Shown here: positions 23,346-36,385 of the stretch, piece by piece | Position numbering within the stretch: the stretch's first letter is position 1 | Layout of the letters: each line of letters opens with the position of its first letter | The notes under the pieces: generated by a model | What the model was told of the DNA's origin: nothing | Database searches by the model: none | The model's input: only the letters and a program-made list of their open reading frames with translations | Assembly: GCA_977862235.1 (NCBI GenBank) | Contig: OZ374559.1 | Location: forward strand, 2,976,001-3,040,000 | DNA length: 64,000 bases | Source: Dudresnaya verticillata | Taxonomy: Eukaryota | Direction: 5' to 3' | Translations under genes and position numbers: made by a program

Positions 23346-25488
23346 GGACCTCGTCCATTATTATTGCAACGTATTGCTCTGATGAAGAGCAATAGGCGGA
23401 ATATATTCCCGGCCTCTCCCTTCCCCAATACGCAGTGCAATTTCAACGTCAATAGCAATACGTGTTGCGATAGACTTGCAGTTTCCAACACATATCGCAA
23501 TGTTTTGTCCCTGCAGGAATAAAAGCTACCACTGATGCAATACTGTACTTCTCTTTCCAATAGCTGTTGACTTGTTTTAGCGCGGACGAAATAGAATGTA
23601 TCACTTTTGCAATACACTACTTCTCATTACATTCTTTGCAATAAAATCTACAGCATCATGTTAACTTTATATAGAACTTCAATACTACGAGCAAAGAAGG
23701 TAGCAACATTTCATACCTTAACAGTACACCAACTCCTTTTCGTTTTTAAAAATGCGGTAAAGTCTTCCAAAGCACAAAACAAATATCGTAACCCTATCAT
23801 GTGCACCCTTTGTGTAACTAGGCACGGAGAGAGTCAAGTTCTTCTCGGGTTTCATGTTGGTGCAAATTCATTGCAACACGGTTTGGTCGAGCACCATGTA
23901 TAGCCTTTGCGACTAACTGCTCACCCCAAAACCATTCATTGACTTTCAAGAAGATAACCGCTTCAAACATTTGCGGAGTCATGGAACGACGATTCTCGGT
24001 TAGAGTATGTGTTTCGAAATACTCCAGAGTCTCTCCAACTCTGCTACAGATCCGGGACCATTCTAAACAATTTTGCTTGCAATACCAAACAATTGCGCAA
24101 TATATTACGACGAGGCCCTTGCAGGGCTAGACTATGCAGCTACTCTAACATCAGGTCTAAGATACCTGAATGATCTTTCAGTGCACTCTACCCCCCCACG
24201 AGAGAGTACTCACGAGCGGCTGTACCGAGCTCCACACAGAACCTCAGTAAATTTCTCGTTCTCTCAAAACCGAAAAGGACAAAGACAACACCTTTATACA
24301 GAAAATCAGGAAGGGCACTCGTTCACCTGAGGAACGTGGACGACGAGAGATGAGAAGAAAGTGGCGATTAATAACCCAAGATCCCGAGCCGGCGCATTTA
24401 AACGCAAGTACAATGCAGAGCTGATTGTTATCGCAATGGATAGAGATGGCGAGTCGACGACGATTAATTGCTAAAGATTGATAGCGACCCAAGTGAGAAC
24501 TAAGCTATTGTGACAGCTATGCAGGAAGAGCTCAAGTTTCATCCGCTGGATTCCCTTCTCGATACTCTGCCGCGTGGGTTACCAATTTGCCGTAGAACGC
24601 CGATAACACAAGGGCCAAGGGCGCCATTAGTTGTGAGGGCCATCATCATCACCATCATCATCGCAACTCTATACTGGACTAACGGGACGTGTGAGGGCCC
24701 GAAGAGCGCACTATCGCGATCTTACCGATGGCGAGTGAAGGGATGGACTTCTATGCCCTTGAGATACCTACGTCACGACCTTCGGGCTATTGGTTCCTAC
24801 GCGCCTGAACGCCGCGGCAGCAGCCTGTCCGATGGATGTTATGCGCTAACTGTTTGGTTTATATCTCATTTCCTGTCCAACCAGTCTTTAGCCATCAAAC
24901 GCCGTCTCCTTGCCCGCTCTCTAGGCCCTGTAGCCTCTGAGCAGAACTGGCGTTTCTTGTCAGCTTCTACATATAACGATTCTCTCTCTTTGGTATCAAC
25001 GCCCACTGCGAAGTAACCAATCTCTTCAATGGCTGCAAGATTCCATGAAAATGGGCTCGTTTGGGTCGCTCACTTGGAAAGCAGCGCCAGCATTGCAGGA
25101 AGAAATATGTCGATAGCTCCTCTTGGAAAAGCTGCTCCCCTTTGACGTGATGCATACAGACCTCAAAGCCCTGAGACGAATATAGGAAGATGAGGGGTTG
25201 GTGATATCCAACGAAGACGCTGAGGCTATGGAAGGCGCCGTTCAATAACAAATGTGTATTCAAGATTCCTGGGATCAGGAATCAAGTCTTTCTTTGCTTT
25301 TCTCTTTGTCGCCAACCACGGCGGTACTACGATACAAAGGATATACCAAGCCTGCGGATAACCAATCATTGTCTTCCAGTTCTTGAAATATTAATACTAT
25401 CTCTGCTAATGACGCTGATCACTCCATCTTTCTTTCCGAAGTGATGGTAAACTTTTACTGGTTGTTTAAGGTGGTCTCACGCGGGCGA

Positions 25489-26150
25489 CTAAGGCCCATT
25501 AGCGAGCGCACCGGCACTAAGTGCCAGGGTGGACATGGGGGAAGGGCGGCACGAAGGGGGGGCTAGGGGAGGGCGGGACGAGTGGTTCACATGAGGGCCG
25601 AGGGGAGCGGATACTCTGCAGCGCAGAGTTCCCGAATGGAAGCGATGGTAGTGACGGCAGCGAGGTCGTGTGGTGTGGGGTCCCGCAAGCTGGCGCTGCT
25701 TGTTGAGTCCCTGGGAGTGGGTGCGGAGGAGCAGGCATTTGGCGGTGTCGCGTGGCGGAATAGGGAAAGTGCAGAGGTGCCAATGAACTGCCAGCAGTCG
25801 ATCGCGGTGGTCGGGCAATTGAAGAGCTGGTGGAAGCAGGGCAGGTCGCCGACAGGGGCCGGACGGAGTCCTGCAAATGCTGCACGCCAGACGGTAGTAA
25901 GCTCTGCGGCAATGGTTCTACGAGTAGGCCAGTGCTGTAGTAGCTGGTGTAGAGAGGGGCAGGGCACAAATGGTAGTGCGAGCAGCGTACGGCGCGCGTG
26001 CCATGATGGCGGGGGCGCCGGTCGGCAGGCAGTGCGTCTTAGTGAAACAATAAGGGTGCGTTCCACCGCCCCTCCTGTGCATCCAAAGTCGCAGAAGCAA
26101 TCAATTTCACTCCAACTTTACATCACACGCAGGCAGTAGACCATTTCTCT
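25489..26150 (-). mobile_element. Degenerate dispersed element, probable LINE 3' relic (family 2)
   Basis: Frameshifted peptide WRAAFAGLRPAPVGD...RDRLLAVHWHLCTFPIPP is homologous to WKSAVAGRRSAPVQD...RDRKLAVRWHLGTFPIPP at 63230-63600. Confidence 0.55.
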
Positions 26151-27574
26151 GTACCTGCCTTGCGACCTTCCTGGTTTGACGTGCGGCATACGCAGAGTGC
26201 GGCTCTTTGACGAGCCAGGTCTCGGCCATACCTTGGCGCTTCTGTGAGGCGAGAATTCTTCCCTTCGCCATTGGGGAATAAGAAGCAAGAGGATGCAGTC
26301 GCCGAATGCTGTGGAAAATTATGACTGAGATACCGTTCCTCTCTGCAACTATAAGTATCAGAATGTGCTTATTAGCAGTTGTAATCGGAGTCTATGATAA
26401 TGGAATAGCCCGATAAGCTAATTTAGAGCTATTAACGCCGATACTAATGTTCTGCGCAACATGTTGACAATCGTTCGTGCCATAGTTTCGACCGCAAATA
26501 CAGAATACAAGGCCACAAACCGAGAAAGATGATGAAAGATCGGGACACGTCGACCACTCTTTGCTGGCACTTGCAGCCTAGCACACTATCATGCAGGAAC
26601 AGCACTCTTATTAGCACAAATTGCATTGTGTGTGTGTGCACCGTCAGAGCCGTTTTAAAAGCTTGCAAGAAACAATGCCCTAGCCCAAACCGCCGATTAG
26701 GGTCAAGAGAGATGGAGAACTTTGTGGTTTTAGGGTCAAGAGGGCCTTGCCCTGCCAGATGAGAGCATGGAATGTGTCAAATCAATCGGACTTTTGTCAA
26801 ATGCAGGTCGAGCGGGAGTGGGCCCGTCTCTATGGCCAAAGCCGGATGAACCAACTACTGAACCATAGACTTTACTGCATTCTGGTGAAACACGCGACTG
26901 TTCCGTCCAAAGTCCATCCACACTCTATTCAGCACCCCATCACAAGGGTAAGATCGACGAAGGGAGATATGAGTTGCATACAGAGAGTAGGACAAGGACA
27001 ACGTTTTGCAAGACGGAATTATCGTGTGGATGGTTCACAGCCATCACATGACTGTGCCTTGCAGTTACGATGGTTCAATCGTCACCTGTAGAATGTAATA
27101 CTGTACGCTCTGCGCGAAAGTGGGCGCTGACATATCTAACAATACCTTCCTGGCACACCTGGTCCTTTCCTGCCCTCTACCGTCTTAAGAAGACGGATAT
27201 ACTGTACTTGAACCATGCTTAGTTGCAGAACAATGCCATAGAAGGGATTCTTGCATGACAGTGAAATGCAACACTAGACCTGAGGAAGTAGAGAATAACC
27301 ACAGAGAGGTTCTCAGAGCAGTTGCTCCACGAGCATTGCACACGACTTCGGCTGATCGATGGTGTGTTTGAGGCTTTGGTAAAGGTGACCCCGAGAGCGA
27401 GGAAATTGCAGAAATCACTGGTCCTGTTTCACATGGCCGAAAGGCATGACGTTCAGACACGCGTCAACTGCATCCGAGGGGAACGCAATTGCCTGTCGCA
27501 CTCTGCAGTGGGTCCCAGGCTGTTCGGGTTAAAGTCGAAACAAAACTCGTATGTCTCACATCCCGCATACAGAA

Positions 27575-28999
27575 ATGCTTCGTCTACTCCTGTTCTTCTT
27601 ATTCCTGCTGCCCATGTCCAACAGAGGCGGCGCTGATTCCCAATTCTGCGACGCTGAACCGCGTCTCCAGATTCTATCCACACAATGCAACCGAACAAAG
27701 TCTAATACCGCAAAACCTCAGCCGCGCATCGTCGTCGTCGTGCCAAAGTTCCGACATGGCAACCCGTACCACGCGCTGCACGACATCCTCTGGGCCGTGG
27801 CGCACTACCTTGCGCACTGCCTCCCTGCTCAACGAAAGCTCACCATTAAGACTTACGAGCCCCAGTCCAACATCACTTCGTGTAAGGTTCCCAAGAAGTT
27901 TCTACCACTGCGCGCCAACGTAGCCGAAAAGTGCTGGCCGCTCGTCGCTCTCGACTCCATGGCCGAGCAGCTGGGTGCAAACGTCATCGGCGGCGACCAA
28001 CGCATCCCTGGCTGCGTCGACAAGGAGGTAACAATAGGCGTCCCCGTTCGCGAGGCCTATGATCTCGGCGTGACGCCTCCTTTGGGGTACGAGCGGAAAG
28101 CACTTAACCGCTCGAAATTCCACCGGCTTTCGTGGTTTGGCAGTGCATGCGTCGGTCCGGAGCGAAGCAGCATGTGCAATAATGTCGTCAATGGATCCAT
28201 GCTTGAACCGGAGCTTCCCGACTTGCAGAAGGGCGAGGCGTTTCTTTTCCTACGGCATAGCATGATGAAACACTTCGGCTTGGCGTATGAGCCTGCAACG
28301 ACCAGGAACGCGAGACCAGTACGCGTACTGTTCTACGATCGCAATGACACGAATAGACGACAGTGGGCGGGGTCGGAGCGTACTTACAAGTTTTTGAAGG
28401 AGAACCATGAAACCGAGGTTCGCTTTGCACGCAAAACGCCACCGAGTATGAAAGGACAGATCGAGTTGTATATGTGGCCGGACCTGGTAATTGCGCCTCA
28501 TGGTGCGGCGATGGCGAACACGGTTTTTATGCGACCCGGTACAGAAATCATCGAGGTACTCAAGTGGTGTGGTTTGAAAAGTGAAGACAACCTCGGTAAC
28601 ATCTCCATGTGGACCTCATGGCACACCCCGTTGATGGATATAAATCTGCAATACATTTCGTGCCACAGAGCTAACAGGAAACTTCCGGAGGGCCCCCGTT
28701 ATGCGGACGAGGGTCAGCTGAACTCGGCATATAATGCTGCTCTGCAGAGACTGATAAGAGCAAGAAACAGAAACAAAGTCCACATAATGCAGGCTTCAGG
28801 CGAGCAGAGCCAAACGGATGGCGAGGATTGGGGTATTTTCGCGAATTATAGTGCCTTCCACAAGATTCCCTATCTGAACACTTCGAAAGGCAAGAATTCC
28901 GTGCGACTGTTGCTCGGGATTGGGTTGATGAGCCTGATAATGGCCTCCATAGTTGCTTCGAAGACCAGAAGGCGGAGGAGAACAGATTGGAAGTGGTAA
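27575..28999 (+). CDS. Glycosyltransferase family 61 (DUF563)-like protein
   Basis: Motifs GNPYHALHD, VLFYDR..RR and IAPHGAAMANTVFMRPGTEIIEV. Hydrophobic N-terminus from ATG 27575 (in-frame ATG also at 27551). C-terminal TM plus basic tail. Confidence 0.8.
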   Translation: MLRLLLFFLFLLPMSNRGGADSQFCDAEPRLQILSTQCNRTKSNTAKPQPRIVVVVPKFRHGNPYHALHDILWAVAHYLAHCLPAQRKLTIKTYEPQSNITSCKVPKKFLPLRANVAEKCWPLVALDSMAEQLGANVIGGDQRIPGCVDKEVTIGVPVREAYDLGVTPPLGYERKALNRSKFHRLSWFGSACVGPERSSMCNNVVNGSMLEPELPDLQKGEAFLFLRHSMMKHFGLAYEPATTRNARPVRVLFYDRNDTNRRQWAGSERTYKFLKENHETEVRFARKTPPSMKGQIELYMWPDLVIAPHGAAMANTVFMRPGTEIIEVLKWCGLKSEDNLGNISMWTSWHTPLMDINLQYISCHRANRKLPEGPRYADEGQLNSAYNAALQRLIRARNRNKVHIMQASGEQSQTDGEDWGIFANYSAFHKIPYLNTSKGKNSVRLLLGIGLMSLIMASIVASKTRRRRRTDWKW

Positions 29000-30417
29000 G
29001 CGCGTGATACTCAAGTGTCAGGCGTGGGGATTTGCAACTATTTCTAGAAAACAAGACAGAAGAGTATTTTGCTTCCCTCTCTTGTTTCGAGTTGTGCACA
29101 AAAGAAAAGTTTCGTTGGCCTATTCGTACTCACCTTTGTGATATGTCAATGGATTGCTGGCGATACAGAGCTGCACAGAACAGACACGGAATTTTCACTG
29201 GTGAGAATGGGAGGACTCATGCTTCGTTGAAGAGGGACGAATATTCTTATTTCGGAATCTTTAACAATGTAATGTTACAACAAAGCACAAACAACATTAT
29301 CATTATTTATCTAATCAGAGAAGGCAACAAGTAACGCTTTCTACGGCTGGCCGCGCACGACAATCATTGAAGGAGGTGCTACGTTCACCAGTTTCTCCAT
29401 CCACGGCTCGAACGCAGGTTTCGTCACATACACATACCCTCAACCGTGAAGACGCTCCAAATCGATTGCATTGAGGCCTAGCCTCGCAATAAAAATCCCA
29501 CGCAAGGTAACCTGCCCATGCAAATCCAAGATGCATGCCTTCGTAGCACTCCCGCCCTCCGACTCTCTGATCATGGAGAGAGGAAACTACAAACATTTTC
29601 AAATTGCATGACAAGCGAATAACTCTTCAGAATTATTGAATATGTGTTAATGGTAGAGATATGGGGAACTTTATGGTAGGGTTCGAAGGGCGCTAGGTGG
29701 CCCGGTCTACTCAAGGACCTACCTGAAGGGCAAGACGACGGCGATTGATTGCCAGCGCTTGAAAACGGAGAAGGTGAGATATAATGCGAATGGTAGAAGA
29801 GAGAGAGCACGATCAACTTTACTCAGGGGTTGCGAACGAATAGGCTGTTGGACTAACCATTCTGACAGAACTTTTCAGAGCCGCCGCCGTGCTGGGTCCC
29901 CAGCCCAGCTAGAGCATAGTACTAGAGTTCACCATGGGTGTCTCACTGACCTCGCTTTCTCTTTCTCTCTCTCATCGTCATTACCACCCACATTAAACTA
30001 TTGCCATTTGTTTTGGTCACAGCCCTGTACTACCCCTGTTCAAACAGGGATAGTACTGCACAGGGAGCCTCGCAAGGGAGCAAAAAGGGCGGTCACACAA
30101 AAGAGGGGAGTCCAATTTCCGTCGATTGGCGCTGAGAGAAACACGTTGGTGAACAAGGGACACAAGACGAGCAGAATGACCAGCTTCGTATTGAACGGTA
30201 CTGACCAATCCGAGTTCCTACGAGACTTTTCATGCTTCAAGATACACATACGTTCCTACTACGGGTTTCATGATTCGTGTTGCTATTAGCCTTTCTTTAT
30301 TCCTATTGACCGTCTCGAAACTACTTCTATCATAGCAGGAACCTGTAGTCATTTCTGAATATTGGATAAGGGGGAGATTCATATTTGGCGATTAAACAAA
30401 CTCAATCCACCAAACCC

Positions 30418-31899
30418 CTAAGCAGGGCAATTGCAATCGCACTTCAGGTTCTTCTTAATGCCTGGAACCCTCGAACTTAATTTCATACCCGTAGAGGCTT
30501 CGGTCATAGCGTGCACCATATCCGCACTTGTACTATCGCCGCTCAGCTCCCATGCAAAAGTCCCACCAAGACCTTTCGAGGCAGCATATGCCACCTTGGT
30601 GGTGATCGAGGAAGGAGTGTCATAGCCCCACCATTCACCAGAACAGAATGCGTACGTGGTTCCTGCAATATTTCCCGTCGTTGGGCAACGGTCGATGAGG
30701 ACCTTGTAGTCTTCAACACCCGGTTCATAAGCTCCAGTAGCTGGACCTGTTGCAGAACCTCCTGGGTAAGATTGCGTAACTCCCTGCCATCCACGGCCGT
30801 AGAATGGCAGGCCTAAAATGATTTTGTCGGCCGGCACGGCCCTGTCGAGCAGGAAATTGATAGCCACTTCGGCGCACCTACTCTCATCCGGAATGCCGGG
30901 ATACGGTACAAGAGGAGCGTGCGGGGCCGTTGGACCACTCGGAAGCCAACCAGGACTGAAGTAGTCGTACGCCATGACCAGGACAAAGTTCATGTATTCA
31001 ATTGCTCCAGCGTAATCTGCATGAATAAGTTGCCCATTAGCCGAACCTGAGATCGCAGCAGATACGAGTGAGGTTTGGAACTTCTCACGTATTGCCTTCA
31101 TCAGGATTCTGAATGAGTCGTAGCCGCTGTCGTCACAAACGAGTCCGCATGTATTGGGATACTCCCAATCGATGTCGATACCATCAAAGACTCCCTCCCA
31201 TCGTTGGTCGAAAACCATGTCATGGCACGACTGTGCGAATTCCTCGGGGTTTTGTGAAGCGATTCCAAAGTTAACTGAGTGGGTCCACCCGCCGATCGAG
31301 TACATCACCTTTATGTGCGGATACTTCCTCTTGAGCTTCAATAACTGGTTGAAATTGCCCTTAAGGGGGTCAGTCGCTGAATCGGCGACACCGTCAACAC
31401 TTTGGGCAGCTGTGATGGGTCTCTGGTAATCTGCCCACGCGTCCATAATCTTGCATTTTCCGGAAGTGTCGACGTCTCCAAACGCATAGAAGATGTGCGT
31501 AAGATTCGCAGCTGCTCCACTGGTATCAATGTTTTTGACGAAATAGTTTCGATCGTAGCTAACCCAGTTCGGGAAATAGGCACCGGCAAGAGCACCAGGC
31601 GGAGTCGGAGAGGGAGTTTCAGATTCTTTCGGGGGTTGCGTGGGGGTTCCAGAGCAGGGTCTGATGTATTCCCAAACTCCATGTGGTCCTGTAGTTCCCG
31701 GCTCCTCTCCCTGGGTCCACCACCTGGCCTTGTACTCTGCAAGTTGAATATGAGTGACCGAATCTCCTGTGTTATAAACCTTTGTGCTCTCCCAGGCAGG
31801 GTAGGTGCATTGAGGATACATCTGCTTGACGGGAACATGCGCAGCAACAATGTTGATCAAACTGCATAGCAGCAGAGCGGCTGTCGCCGTGAAATGCAT
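30418..31899 (-). CDS. Secreted GH18 chitinase with N-terminal CBM5/12 chitin-binding module
   Basis: Signal peptide; YPAW..VYNTGDSV..YKARWWTQGEEPG..GVW (CBM5/12); P/T linker; SIGGW, FDGIDIDWEYP, MAYD, FYGRGW. Confidence 0.95.
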   Translation of the reverse strand: MHFTATAALLLCSLINIVAAHVPVKQMYPQCTYPAWESTKVYNTGDSVTHIQLAEYKARWWTQGEEPGTTGPHGVWEYIRPCSGTPTQPPKESETPSPTPPGALAGAYFPNWVSYDRNYFVKNIDTSGAAANLTHIFYAFGDVDTSGKCKIMDAWADYQRPITAAQSVDGVADSATDPLKGNFNQLLKLKRKYPHIKVMYSIGGWTHSVNFGIASQNPEEFAQSCHDMVFDQRWEGVFDGIDIDWEYPNTCGLVCDDSGYDSFRILMKAIREKFQTSLVSAAISGSANGQLIHADYAGAIEYMNFVLVMAYDYFSPGWLPSGPTAPHAPLVPYPGIPDESRCAEVAINFLLDRAVPADKIILGLPFYGRGWQGVTQSYPGGSATGPATGAYEPGVEDYKVLIDRCPTTGNIAGTTYAFCSGEWWGYDTPSSITTKVAYAASKGLGGTFAWELSGDSTSADMVHAMTEASTGMKLSSRVPGIKKNLKCDCNCPA

Positions 31900-31991
31900 G
31901 GCTGGTTGTTAGTAGAACTCGAAATTCAGCTTTCTTGAGGAACTGATACTTGGATGCGGAAGACGGATCAGTCGCCTGCAACTGCCAGGCA

Positions 31992-31999
31992 TTTATATA
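31992..31999 (-). promoter_or_regulatory. TATA box of chitinase 2
   Basis: TATATAAA on the minus strand about 93 bp upstream of ATG 31899. Confidence 0.55.
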
Positions 32000-34900
32000 G
32001 TATATCTTGGGTGCGGCAATTTGCCTCCAACCTCCCGTCTTTAGGACAAAGTGCTCAGGCTACGGAGATCATGTTTTTGCCTGAATATAGATTTGAAGCT
32101 CGCAGCACAGCAGTCTATTAGGGCATTCCCAAGTGCTCTAACGATACAAAGAAATGCCTCAGTAGCCGCTCTCAGAGCAGTACTGGACCAAAAGTCATTT
32201 CATGTTTATCCTTCAGAGCTGCGGTTCTCACGCGAACATACATCCTCAATCAAGCTTAAAACAGTGCAAGATAGCTGGCAAGCTTTTCAATGAACAGAGT
32301 CTCCTGATTTTCCAGAACTATACGCTTCTTGGAAGTCCTGCCGTATTCCACTGTCTCGATAAATGCAAAAGGCATGACGAGAAGATATTGAAGACCCTGC
32401 AAAGATAAGGACATTCTGACAAGTTGCCGTCATCATGCTCGTGTAGAGAATGATTGACTACGTTCCTTATCTCGGCCCACAGAGAAGCTCCAGCACTTAC
32501 ACCCGGTGTACCTTTTTTACTCAAGCAGTGCGACCTCGTCTGCAGTAACTAGAACTTGGACCGTTGGGAATTATTTATATTATGCCATTGGTAATTGTGC
32601 ATGAAGTTTAATAGTTTAAGTTTAACAACGATATCAAGCTCGAGAGGCACCAATGTGGTGCTACTGCTGTTAAATACTTTGCAATCGCGAAACAATTTTC
32701 AGCGCGGCACCGTAACATTGTCACTGTGAGTCGACGGTGTGTCGCATGAATGTATCGCTTGGGACAAAGTCCTGTGATGAGCTGAAAGGGTGATTAGGCT
32801 CATGCGGTCGCATACTGCCATCGAAGCGTGTCTTACAACTCACACACTATTATAAATGGAATGATAACCGCCCCCAATTTGAGATTGAAACCAGTCATAA
32901 CACCGAAATATAACGTCGGGCTGTCGCGCAGCTGCCCAAAGGCAAAATAGAAGCACAGAGCAACAACAAAGTGAGCGCAGAACACCTATCCACCCGTCCA
33001 ACATCATAGCGGCTGAGGGAGTTGTCGATATTCCATTGGATGGAACACGTCCAGAAAGGATAGCTGCAACCAAAGGGCTCCCTTTTCTTTCTTTAATGGA
33101 ACGCTATATCTTCTCGCGAACATCAGAAACGTTTCAGAAACATGCTGTGCCCTGTATCGCTGTGCATGTGTAAGTTTGTTCATGAACCTCATCAAACACG
33201 CATGGTGATATTAATGGCCGCATAGCTTTTGGCTTTGAGTCGCAGTGTACAACGCATTGATCATTTTCAACTTCAAGTAATAGGTAGGGGCGACTTTCAG
33301 CCGCAGTTGAAACAATTGGGAAAGATGTTTGCAATTCTCGTTCAATAGCATCCGCAGAGTGCTCTATACCCATCGCAATTCAGAGTAACACTTGTCTTTT
33401 TCTGTTCCGAAACCTACGAAAGCTTCATGTATGTATGCGCATGACTATCGCGTGAAACTCAATGTTATAAGGAGAGCACACGTCGGAATAATGACGGGGC
33501 TTCGCGCTCTCCCACGCGATGACGGCCAGACTGGAGATGCGGTCCACGACTTAGTACTGGCAACTTTTCTCAAGGGGCCGCTTTGTCCCGGAAACCGAAA
33601 ATGGATGTAGCTACAGATATCACATCATGACGGCGCTCTACGAAGGCATATTTTCTCAGAGGAGAAATAATACACTAATTCGCAACAGTTCTTTACTGTT
33701 CTTTAGAGGTGGAGCTCCATAAAGTAGTAATAATCCTAGGAAGCCTTGCGGCTGTCCTCTTCGGTGCAGCCTTCGTTGCAGCGTCTGAAACGAGAAAAAG
33801 AGGTAGCTTGTCTGCTTTTTATCTCTCCCAGCACCAACCGCTGCAATTGGCAAATCGTTGATGCTTCCTTCACCCGCAATGTATAAATAGAGATTGTCGC
33901 GTCAAAGCCAGCACCACGACCTGCACACAAAACTGTCAGTACCGATGCGGAACCGACGTGAACAAACGTCAAACAGCGACACTACAACACAGTGAAGGCC
34001 CCCTAATGTTTTACTTGGAATGGGACACGCTTGTTATCATCAACGCTTGATCACTACATTTATGTCCCAAGCTCAACCTGCATAAACACTGTGTCACACA
34101 AGAGGCAAGCGACTATGCGGGAACCTGTACAAAGTATATCAACAATAGCGCACCGATGGCAGTGCCCATCGATGGCAGTGCCTATCAATGGCAGTGTACG
34201 CCTAGAACTGTCCCTTGAAGATTAATACGGTAGCACCGTGTGTCCGAGAGAAGGGAGAAAGTTTATTTTTCTGTTCTCAACTTTTGAAGGGATGCTTTTG
34301 TGTAAACGCTCAGCGCAATGGAGTAATAAAAGCACGTCTATCCTACAACTCTAAGAGGATATGTGGAAGATAATTCCACAATGCATGTGGTACGGCGTTT
34401 TGGGAACCATATCATTGTCTATTGGAAACAACTATGAGAATGAGATCCGGAAACTCTTACATACATGTTAGGAGGGCAACAAATCTCCTTTAGGATAAAC
34501 TAAGAACTAGAATGCAACTACGTTCTGTTCCAACACATGGCCTTCAAAATATCTGATACTCACTTTCTGAACCGTGTAAGAAAGCCAAAGTGTGGCTACT
34601 GCAATACTCGGTCCATGAAGACGAAAGTGGTCCGTCCTCCCGCGGCCTTCGAGTTCTGCTGGAATGTGCTCGATCCTAAATAGTCACATTATTCACGCGA
34701 CGTGTACCAACAGTACCGCCGTAGATGGAACAAGATGATGGAATGCTGCTAACGCACTGATACAGTAACGTACAATAAGATACGAATTGTCGCCAAGCAA
34801 TAATACTGTAGCATCATCGAGAGAGCTCACAAGAGTATGCATTGCCGAGAGCAAGAATATATGCTGCCCCTTGACAGGAAATGCGGGGAGCGGCACGAAA

Positions 34901-36385
34901 GTGGGCGGTCGATGCAGAAGGACGGCGTGCAGAGTACATGTTCTCCAATGAGACTCTGGAAGGTCTTTCATGAACACCAGGACGGTGCTCGAGTGTGCAA
35001 ACAGTCTCAAGGTATATTTATCATAGAGGGGGCGTGGCCTCCAGCCACCAGCGCAGAAAGTTTGCAATGAGGGTGTACAGCAAGAGAGTGAGCTCCTCGG
35101 CTCGATTATACAGAACTGTGTCCAATGCAGCGCAACATGATCGTAGCCGATACATATCGTACCGTAACGACGGGTCCTTCGGGACGACACACGGAATTTA
35201 TATTCACGGAGGCGCTGCAAGTTCGAGAGACTTGTCTGCTCACGTCCGAGATTTTGCGAGCCGAGAAACGCTGGCCACCCGTTGTGCTTGTTGGTACAAT
35301 AACAATAGCTTGCGGCGTTTGCAGCTCGCGCCGCCGGAAGGGCTGCATGCGCCATGCAATATGACCTGTCTGATACAATCCCCAGTAGACACCACCGCTG
35401 TACGTGCCGAAGGTGAGATTTGCGACGCGGATGCATCTCTCCGTGATGACGGCTCAGCGGCCAACTCAGCGGCGCGACGGCACTTTGCCAGCAGCATGTC
35501 GTTTTAACTGCTGTCAAATAATGATGTGAACAGTCTCCTTTCTCAGTATTCCTTTCCGTAGGTCTCGTGAGTATTGCAACGACTGGAAAAGGAGTCCAAC
35601 AACAAGCTCAGTACGAGTGACTGCACTGAGAAATGCCCATACAATGGTGATCGCTGCGGAGGCAGACTGGACATGAATAACGCGTTCAATATTTGCAATG
35701 CACCTAACAAATTCACATCATCATCATCACTTTATTGAAGCAAGATAAATTCACTGAACCACATTCTCCTCGCTCCGAGCGCGCTTAGTCAACCAAGGCG
35801 CGTAATGCCGACAACGACCAAGGCCTCGTGAACCAAGGCGCTCGGCGCGAGGAGAACCCCGCAAGTGAGCCCTGGGAGATGGGGTTGCAATGCCATATTC
35901 TTCTACCGTCTCAACAACAAAAGGCAATTCGTTGTGTAATGGTTTGCCGTTAGATGCCATTGCCGTGCTTGGATGGTGCAAATCTTTGGGGCTCCCTTCA
36001 TCCTTTACCGATAGACAGCTCTTGCAAAGGATTGTGCAATTGCTAGTTTGCAACATTGCACGGAATTCTTCTGTTCTTTAGGGAAGATTGCCTGCCTAAC
36101 AAATAGGCAAGTGACGGAACAAAATAAGACCTCAATGGAAACAGTACTGCGTGCAGCGGGGAAAAGCGGTTCATGCAAACCAGTCAAGGGGTGTTGTTGT
36201 CCGATACTCCTGCGGCAGCATAATAATATGCCTGTGTCCTTTTCCAAGAAGCTCTCGTGTCATGTCTGCCGCTATGCGATGCCATTTATTGTCGCCTTCG
36301 TGCTGACTGCAGGTCTGGTGCTCACTCCAAAGAAAATAATAGACAACTCAAACTTGAACACTACAGCATTTACAAAACTCTGCCC

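Noticed and set aside
34693..35517. Overlapping ORFs with faint helicase-like words (QAIVIVPT, VLVGT)
   Set aside because: No ordered motif set; the words lie on opposite strands.
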